Shown piece after piece: positions 54,846 to 64,000 of a DNA stretch of 64,000 bases. Source of the DNA: the human T2T-CHM13v2.0 reference genome, Homo sapiens; assembly GCF_009914755.1 (NCBI RefSeq), contig NC_060936.1. The stretch is one strand, 5' to 3'. The notes beneath the pieces were generated by a model. It saw nothing but the letters and a program-made list of their open reading frames with translations, was not told the origin of the DNA and did no database searches. The first letter of the stretch is position 1; each line of letters opens with the position of its first letter. Made by a program: the position numbers and the translations under genes.

Positions 54846-55497
54846 CAGGGTTACAATTTATTATCCAAATGGGGTCATTTTTTCCTCAACTTTTTATTTT
54901 GAAAAATTTCAAGTATACCAGAAGTATCAAAAGAATAATACAATAAATACAATATGCTGAATTACCTAGATTCTACAACTGTTAACGTTTTGTGACATTT
55001 GTTCTATAGCTCTTTCTCTATCGATATGTCCTTTTTTCCAATTCATCTGAAAGCAAGGTGCAGACATTATTACACTTTTTCCTTAAATACTGCAGCGTGT
55101 ATTATCTCACAGACACAAAGAATATTCTTCTTCATAAGCCCAGTATTGCCATCACACCCAGCTATTCCCCAAACATTCTTTGTAGGTGTTCCTCCACTTC
55201 CCAGGATTATGTATTTCATTCAGTTATTATGTTTTGTATTCTTTTTAAATCTCCTTTTCAATATCATTTATGCAACTGACATTTTTCAAGAATCCATGAT
55301 GATGATATTAATCCAGAACGTCCCACAATCTGGGTTTTTCTAATTTCTTTCTTATAATTAGCTCCAGATTAAACATTTTGGCAAGAATGCTAAATAGGTA
55401 ATGTTATGGAAACAGGCAAACTTTAGAGACTGGGAGGGTGCATTATTAGTCATTATGCTGAAACTACAGGTATAAACTGGAATGTTGGGCCATGCTA
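54846..55497. mobile_element. MER81-like MITE split by an L1M 3' fragment
   Basis: Halves at about 54846-54880 and 55411-55497; 8-bp hAT TSD gtcataga/atcataga. Confidence 0.7.
54878..55410 (-). mobile_element. L1MC-like 3' UTR fragment
   Basis: 'aactttttattttgaaaaatttcaagtataccagaag...ttacctagattctacaactgttaac...cagattaaacattttggcaagaat'. Confidence 0.75.
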
Positions 55498-55764
55498 ATC
55501 ATAGAACCCCACCTACAGCCAAAATAGCTAGTCTGGGAATTGGCACAGGATCTAAAATGGGCCAATAGGAGTTCTATTTTTTTTAAATATTTTAAATTGA
55601 TCTGAGGAAAAAGGACTCCTACAGATTGTTGCTAAGCTGTTTGTCTGAAGCTGGGAAAGATTTAGATGTAGGTAGAAAACACAGTAAGAGGGTCCTGATG
55701 GCATTTGTCCTTTCATTTCAGGTTCTCTCTTAAAATCAGGTTCACCTTTGTTCTTTTAATACAA

Positions 55765-55985
55765 TTTATTGAACATTTATTATGTGCTAGACGATTTTTA
55801 AGTGCTTTGCATGTATTAAATCATGTAATCCTCCTAACACAGTTCCATGAGATGGTTTTTATACTGTCCCCATTTTAGAGATGCCAAGGAAGGAAAGCTT
55901 GATTTACTTGCCAAAGATTTCACAGCCAAAAGAAGATAATGGAACCAAAAGAAGAATCCATAGCACATGATCTTGATCACAGTGG
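55765..55985 (-). mobile_element. MIR
   Basis: 'aagtgctttgcatgtattaaatcatgtaatcctcctaacacagttccatgagatgg...ccccattttagagatg'. Confidence 0.85.
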
Positions 55986-56757
55986 TAGGGTTACACCAGA
56001 AGGGATGAGACTCCACCTACTGTTTACTCTTGTGCTTAAACTAGTCAGCTTGGATTTTTGTCTGCAATCCCAGAGTCCAGGTTAATACACTTATGACTTC
56101 CAGTCTTCAGATATGAATGGATAAAACCCCCTTCTCAGACCCTGTTTTTGCCTCTTTTAGACACAGGCCTTCATTATGATTAGGAGCGTGCTCTTAATTA
56201 GGAGTTTTCCAACAATTTGTTTGTAAGGCCCTACAGGATATTACTGTAAGGAGTACATTAATAATGAAAGAATTTTGACAAAGACAGGGTTGAAGCTTTG
56301 ATAATAACTGTTTAGTCAAACCTATTAAAACATTGAGGACATCAATTAAGAGGAAATAATATTCTACACATTGAACCTCTTTCACTATATTATTATCTAA
56401 AAGCAAATTGTTTTAAGAGGCTCTATTCTTAATGTGTTGGAAGACTGTGTACTCAGTTTTAAAATACAAAACAGAAGTTAGTATGAAGGAAGTGGTCTTC
56501 TTGATGACAGGGACAGATGACAGGGTATTGTGAAATTTTAATATGTAGCATGATTGGTTGTAAATTGTTCCCACATAGCTGAAGTAATTTGCAAATAAGA
56601 GATGATGAGTCAGATCTTCCATGGGTATGGTAATACATGCCAGTGAATAAAATCTGAAGTTACATCGGTATGATTTAATTTTGAGTTACATTGCTGTCAA
56701 TTCATGTATATCAATAGAATCACTCCAAGTTTTAGGACTCCAGGTATAAGTTTTAGG

Positions 56758-56758
<1 letters not shown>

Positions 56759-56800
<42 letters not shown>
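56759..56800. repeat. (TG)21 microsatellite
   Basis: Perfect TG run at the tail end of a minus-strand AluJ. Confidence 0.95.
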
Positions 56801-56801
<1 letters not shown>

Positions 56802-56809
56802 TGGTGGGG

Positions 56810-57017
56810 GGCTTCCTGAGGCTAAAGTGCAGTGGTGCAATCACAGCTCATTGCAGCTTCAGGTGTTCACCCACTACACCCAGCTAATTTATTTTTTGTG
56901 AGGACAGTGGCTCGCTATGTTGCCCAGGCTGGTTTTGGACTCCTAGCCTCCAGCGATCCTCCCACTTCCGTCTCCCAAAGTGCTGGGATTTCAGGCACGA
57001 GCCACGGTTTCTGGCCT
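56810..57017 (-). mobile_element. Degenerate AluJ with an internal deletion
   Basis: 'gtgcagtggtgcaatcacagctcattgcagc' and 'ctcccaaagtgctgggatttcaggcacgagccac'. Confidence 0.85.
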
Positions 57018-58915
57018 GATATTTATGTTTTTAAAGATGAAATATAAAACTAAGATATCGTCCAGAGGCATAAGTTCTATACCCATTTTTATACTAACCA
57101 TCAGTATCTGAGTATTTTTCACAATAAATTTGGAATCAACATTTGACTAAGAAGATTAAAGAAGAGTCACATATATGGGTTAAAGGAAATAATGTTTCTG
57201 TTGATAGAGCATCTTTACACGGGAGCTGTTGTCGCTTCTATTTTAAAGAAGGAAAGGTTGAGTCATCAAGCTACTTGTTTCAGGTCAGTTAGTAAACAGT
57301 GGATCTGAGACTAGAACTCGGGTTTTTCCCACTGCAGAGAACAAAGATTTCTGTCACATGCTGGTGTTTAAGAAAGAATAAATGGTGTAGAATGAGTAAA
57401 AGAAAGTAATCATGAGTGTAGCACAGGATTGGCGGTAAGCCTTGATTTAGAATATTTGCTGATGTAATAAATATGCTAAAGAAGGGTTAAACAGTGTGAT
57501 CGTCCAGTTATTTTGATTTTATGTAATTTCTTTCCTTCATATGTAAAGAGAATCAAATATTAACGCTGGTACTGATATACAAAGGTGAACTATATTTCAA
57601 CAAATATAGATTAGACTTTAGTATATTTGTAATACTGTATTACTGAAAAACAGCAGAGCTTAGAATATTTTTACACACATTTTCCCAGCTTCTTTTATTC
57701 CTAGGGGCATAGACATATGAAGTATTATGGTGCCAAGTTATATTTTTTATTTCTAGTGAATTTTTCCTTTGACTGTAGGCTAAGATATTTTAGTCAGACT
57801 TCATTTCTTTTAGGAATTGCTTTAGCAGACCTAGACTAATTTTCAAGAGTGGATTGAGTTATTTTTGAATACTCATGTCACATATATTTTCTCTTATCTG
57901 GTTTTCTTCGCTTAGTAGAAACAATTTGTCCTTCTCTTTTAAAGTCCATGAGAAATATACATTTATTAACCTCCCATACTACCCCCCCATTACATGTACA
58001 TGCAAGTATAGATTTCATCTTAAATTAATCCCTCAAACGCTGCTATCAGAAAAGACATTTTAAACTGTCATAACAAGATCTTGCTGGTGACAGCAGACTT
58101 GGAGCAAGGCTAGAGTGTGATTCAATCATTGTTAAAAGTTCATGTTCCTCTCATTACATTCTTGCTTTTAATTCTCATAACCAGCCAGCAATGACAGATG
58201 AAAATATGAGCTATTTCTTTGTGTTGGCAAAATCACAATTCAAGAAGACATAGTTTCCTTAGTTATTTTTACAGTATATTGTTTATAGTACTTGATATGG
58301 TTAGATGAAAAAAAATCTACTCAAACTTTTTTTTAAAGATAAAAGGAAAAGCCTTGAAATGTTTAGTTACATAACCCTAATGAAATATTTTCTTCTGTCT
58401 GCATAGGTACAGGTTATTCTGATGGGATCCAGAACTAAATGAGGCATAAACCTCAAATATGTTTAACATTATGCTAGGTAGTATATATTTTAAAAATGCG
58501 TTTACATATGCTATAGATTATCTCCCTAGAAAATTGTTATATATATGTGTCACACATATGGTATTTTGCTTACAATTTAAGTTGTTTGTGAACCTTCTGA
58601 TGCACATTCAGGGATCCAAATTAGGCACCACTGATCCATTAGCAACTTGTGTGGTTGCTATGGAAATGTTGGGTAGTGTACTTTTAAGTTACTAAGGCTG
58701 ACTTGTATAAGGCACCTGTTTGGTGTTTTGGCTCAACCCTGATTGGAGTGGGGTCTCTCCTTGGTCTCTCTCTGTACCTGTATAAGACCCCTCTGCTCTC
58801 TCAAGCTGCTTCACTGGCACTATACACAGGGCAAATTCTCAAAACTTTTCTCCATTGTAATCACTTTTATTGAAAAATATCTTATTAATGGCAGTACATC
58901 AAAACGTGGCATTTA

Positions 58916-59178
58916 TTTCCTCCTTCCTCCTCTTCTTTCTTCTTCTTCCTTCTTCTTCCCTCCTCCTCTTCCTCCTCCTCTTTTTTCTTCTTCCTGTTCC
59001 TCCTCCTCCTCCTCTTCTTCTTCCTTCTTCCTCCTTCTTCCTTCTTCTTTCCTTCTTCCTTCTTCCTTTCTCCTCCTTCCTCCTTCTTCCTCCTTCTTCC
59101 TCCTCCTTCCTCCTCCTTCCTTCTCCTTCTTCCTTCTTCTTCCTTCTTCTTCTTCTCCTCCTCCTCCTCGTCCTCCCC
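58916..59178. repeat. (CTT/CCT)n polypyrimidine tract at the Alu tail position
   Basis: ~260 bp of C/T with only two G interruptions. Confidence 0.95.
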
Positions 59179-59434
59179 AGAGACAGGGCCTCACTCTGTC
59201 ATTCAGGCTTGAGTGCAGTGGTGCGATCATAACTCACTGCAGACTTGGCTCCTGGGTTCAAGCACGCCTCTTACCTCAGCCTCCAGTAGCTGTGACGTGC
59301 ATGCCATGACACCTGGCTCTTTATTTTTGTAGAGATGTTGCCAAGGCTGGTCTTGAACTCCTGGCTTTAAGCAATCTTCTTGCATTTGCCTCCCAAAGTG
59401 TTGAGATTATAGGTGTGAGCCACCATTCCTGGCC
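59179..59434 (-). mobile_element. AluJ
   Basis: 'agagacagggcctcactctgtcattcaggcttgagtgcagtggtgcgatcataactcactgcag'; tggcattt flanks the Alu plus tract on both sides. Confidence 0.9.
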
Positions 59435-62336
59435 CTGGCATTTCATAATTCCCAGATGCACTTGCTACACCTAAGCATTTTTGTTTTTGTTTGAATTTTC
59501 AGTGAGAGCTCCCTTTGCCTCATCAAATTTCCTCTCCCAAACCCTAATCTCTTAACAAAACTGGAGTTCTCTGTCTGTATTTACAGCTTCTCTCTCCTTT
59601 TGCTAGATTAATGAGAAGCAGTTTCTCTATTAGTGAGTGGAAAAAATTGGAATTTGCTGTTGCCCACAAGCCATTCAATAAAGAGCTACACTATTTCCCT
59701 ATTTCCTTAGGAGGATCAATGAGTATTTTTTTGGTGATAAAATATGGCATATATAACTGGGCAACAATAAAATCTTGAGAAATTAAGGATTTATTTATAG
59801 TTCCTCTGAAAATTGCCTACGTTTATTCATATATTTATAGTATTACAAAGTTACATATGAAGCAATAACTTACTGATACATTTGTAAAGACTGCCTAAGG
59901 AATTCAAGAAGAAGAACTTAGACATTTTGATACCCACAAAGGGCCAAGTTATTAAAACAACTTGAAACCAGTTGTCTATATAATGAAGACTACCTAAAGG
60001 AAAAAAATTACATGTGGCCACTGACTGTGAGCTTTCATTGTCTTTGCAAAGCAATTTATTAAAAGATTGGAAATGTGAAAGAGAGCTGGCACAGTTACAA
60101 ACTTCAGAGCATGCTGCACATGGTAAACTATTGGCAAACAAAGCATAGGACAAATCGTGGGCATACAAATTAATGTACAAAGGAAAGTCTTGCAGACATA
60201 TGATTGAAATTCCTGATTAAGTATTTCAATTTAAACTCTACTGAATTTGGGTACTCCCACAGCAAAATCTTATCTTGCTTCTGTTAGAAAGAATTATTGA
60301 AGAAGTGTCCAGTTAAAGCTGAAATGATTATGACAAGCCTGTGTTATAACTATGTGGTAAATGTCTAGTCTTAGCTCTAATTGGTCTTATTTTAATGTGT
60401 TTATTGTTTAATTGCTTGTGAGAATGATTTATTCTTTCATAGAACTGAGATTAATGGTAACTGGCAGCTTTATTGGCATTGCTATCAGAGAAATGACCAA
60501 AAGTCTCAAAATAGAATTGAGAAGACAGATTCTAGGCACAGGGTAATGTCAGACTAATATAGCTACATGATAACTGTATTTTAAAAGTGTTACTACTGCA
60601 ACGTTTTTTAGTGTGTCCATTAATGTCATTTTTCATTTTCATTTTTTAATGTATGGGGTTGAGATGATACTATGGGATTGAGTATAATTGCCTTTTATAG
60701 AATGCGTGGGACTGATATTTTCTAAAAATGGACAAAAATCCAGCACTTAAAGCCATTAATTTGAAACCCTAAGGTTTCTTATATCTTCTGTAGAATAATA
60801 TTTTTGGTGAAAGTTTGGAAAACTATGTGCAAGGATAACATCTTTTGGGTATTCAATTTTGTTAGATTGCTCTAAGCCTTTACGTATATTTGGAATCTAC
60901 GTCATATATGTACAAAAGTGGCCTTGCCACTTACATAGATTCATCTGTTGGTAGATAGAAAAAAACCCGATATATCCTTTGCATATTCATGTTATTGTTG
61001 TGTTTTCTATGTCAGGTCAGATTTTCATATTAACTAGCTTTGGAGGTGGGCATTGGAGAAGACTGCCATTCCACATATTACGCATTTTTAAATATAAATT
61101 CAGATTGTTACAATACAGCTAAACATGATGAGAGGTCTTATATTCTTCAGGGAACAAAGTTCAATAATACAGGGAATGCATTTAAATGGGAAAATATAAC
61201 CTATAAAATATAAGAAATTGCACGATAGCTATTTGGTAGAACAGAATGAAAACTCAAGATTTCAGTGAAGAAGAACCTAGAAAATATATTACTTTGTTTT
61301 CTATTGTTTTTTCTTTATTATGAAATATAATATGTATGTAGAAAAATGTATAAAACAAATACTTGTCATGTGGACAAATAATTATGTGGTAAACACTGTA
61401 CAATCACCATTGAGGTCAAGAAATACAATGTAGCCAGCTCCCAGGAAGTCCTCAACCATGTTTGTCCCTCTCTCATCACAACCTCATCTCTTTGACCTAG
61501 AGATATCCATTCTGTGGTCTTTTCTCATAAAACTGTAAAGAAAAGTAGGGAGCACTAATCCCTCATATCCATCTCTAAAAACTGCATTTTAGTTTAGTTG
61601 TTTCTTTAAAAAAGAAACTCTGCTTGAATGGCCTCATATATTTCTTTTTGCCTACCAACTGTATCTCAGTATTACATTTATGAGACATATTCACAGTCAT
61701 ATATGCTATAGCATAAAGTTTATTTTCATTGCTGTATAGTATTTCATTGTATGACTACACCACATTTATATCTGTCCTACCATTGGAAGACATTTGGCTT
61801 GTTTCCAGCTGTGACTGTCCTTGTACTTGTATTCGAGTGTGCATTTATACTAATTTCTCTAGACATGAAATTGTTAAGTGGAAGGAATGCAAATCTTCAA
61901 TTTTACCAAAAAATGTCAAATGGTTTTCCAGCAATATATGGGATTTCCCATTGCCACATTCTTACCAGCACTTAGTATAGTTAAATTTTTAAAATTTCTG
62001 TTAGCCTGATGAATATATAATGATTGTGGAAATTTGCATGTCCCTTATTACTAATGAAATTGAGCAACATTTTGTACATTTATTTGTCATTTAGTTTTTT
62101 TTGTTATTTTGCCTAGTTACAATTTTGCCCATTTTTCTTCTGTATTATCTTTTAAAAATTTATTTATAGAAATGATTTTAATATTCCAGTTACCAGTTTT
62201 TGTTTGTCCATTGCAAATATCTTTCTCTCTTTTTTGTAATTTTTTTCTTTATAGTTCTTTAGATAAGAAGATGTCCTTAACGTTACATAAAAAATGTATC
62301 AATCACTCCTTCATGAATAATTTTGTTTGCACCTTA

Positions 62337-62680
<344 letters not shown>

Positions 62681-63683
62681 CTACCTTAAAGTCATATAGA
62701 TATGTTTCTCTATTATTTTATAAATACTTATAATTTTACCGTTTTAATATTGGTCTTTATCTGATTGGCTTTAGTACATTTTGTGACTAAGGGTCTGATT
62801 TTATTTTACCCTACATGGATATTCAATTTTCCTGGCACCATTTACTTCAAAAGCTGCCATGACTTTACTAATAGATTCTGGTATTTCTGTCATATACAGA
62901 TGCCCATACCAATGTGGCCTGACTCTGAGCTCTCTGTCACTGGGCTAGTACCACACTGTTTTATTTACTTCAGTTTTAAAATAAGTCTTGACATCTGTTA
63001 TAGCAAGTTCCCTTACCTTGTACTTCTTCAAAAGTATTTTGGCTATTCTTGACTTTAGAACTTTTGTGTATATTTTAGAATCAGCTTGTCAAACTCTATA
63101 AAATGACTATTGAAATTTTGTTTGCAATTGAATTGAATCCATTCAGCTGGGAAGAATTGACATCGCTATAATAGGGAGCTATCAACCCCTGAACATGTTT
63201 TTAATTTCCATTTATTAGGTCCTTTTTACTGTTTCTCAATTAGTTGCATAAATTTCTCTATAGAAGTCTTATATATATGCTCATTGATTTATTTTTAGGT
63301 ACTTTTTATTTTTGATACTATTGTAAATAGTACCACTTTTAATTTTATTTTTTAATTGTTTGTAGAAATAAGTTTTTATATTGATTTTTGTATCCAGGAA
63401 CAATGCTAAGTTTTCCTCATTAAAAAACTATTTGTAGGTTTTTTTGGATTTTATATAAATGCAGTTATTTCCTCTGTAAATAATGACAGCTTTATTCCCT
63501 TTTTTTAATCCTTATACCTTTTATTTGTTTTTCTTGTCTTATTGTACTAACTAGAACCCCAAAAACAATGTGAATCACCATTGTAACAGTAGATATTTTG
63601 TCTCGTTCCTATCTCAAAGGAAATTATTTCATCATTAATTGTTGTAAGTACCAAAAACCATGTTTTTTAGATACCCTCTAATC

Positions 63684-63911
63684 CAGGAGTTGGCAATCTA
63701 TGTATGGTTCATGGGCCAAATGCAGCCTGCCACCTATTTTTGTAAAAGAAGTTTTACAGAACCCAGCCACACTCTTTCATGTATACATTGTCTATGGCTG
63801 TTTTCACACCATGATGGCACAGTTGTTTAGTGTGACAGAGATCATATGACCTGCAAAGCTGAAGTTATTTATTATTTGGCTCTTTAACAAGAAAAAGTTT
63901 GCCAATTCCTG
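63684..63911 (+). mobile_element. MER58A-like hAT-Charlie MITE
   Basis: TIRs caggagttggcaa / ttgccaattcctg; 'gggccaaatgcagcctgccacctatttttgtaaa'. Confidence 0.9.
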
Positions 63912-64000
63912 TTTTACCAGATTAAAATATTGTTTTCTATTTTTACTAAATATCTTTTATCATTAATAAATATTGAATATTGTCAAATGAGATTCATACA

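Noticed and set aside
58743-59309. 188-, 120- and 105-aa ORFs rich in S/P/F/L or E/R/K/G
   Set aside because: Artefacts of the stop-free CTT/CCT repeat plus Alu sequence

Overview
Primate (very likely human) AT-rich, CpG-depleted non-coding DNA. I find no credible protein-coding gene, tRNA/rRNA, CRISPR array or CpG island. The longest ORFs are L1 ORF2 remnants, Alu read-throughs or low-complexity sequence. The window is mostly interspersed repeats: about 18 Alu/FLAM copies (many with visible target-site duplications), L1PA/L1PB/L1M fragments, MaLR/ERVL solo LTRs, hAT and Tigger DNA transposons, MIR, L2 and L3. Long L1s lie mainly on the minus strand, which suggests an intron of a large plus-strand gene that I cannot name. 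The best leads are: an 87-bp palindromic MITE-like element centred on a perfect CRE (46498-46584); a CpG-retaining multi-hairpin segment (35205-35334); a candidate ATG-bearing plus-strand exon beside a near-perfect RFX X-box (18800-18981); a perfect 17-bp inverted repeat (48801-48841); an L1PA8 with a micro 3' transduction; and several unusual duplications. I see no evidence for a new multi-gene system. Repeat subfamily names come from recalled consensus sequences and need RepeatMasker/Dfam confirmation. Boundaries of old repeats are approximate.
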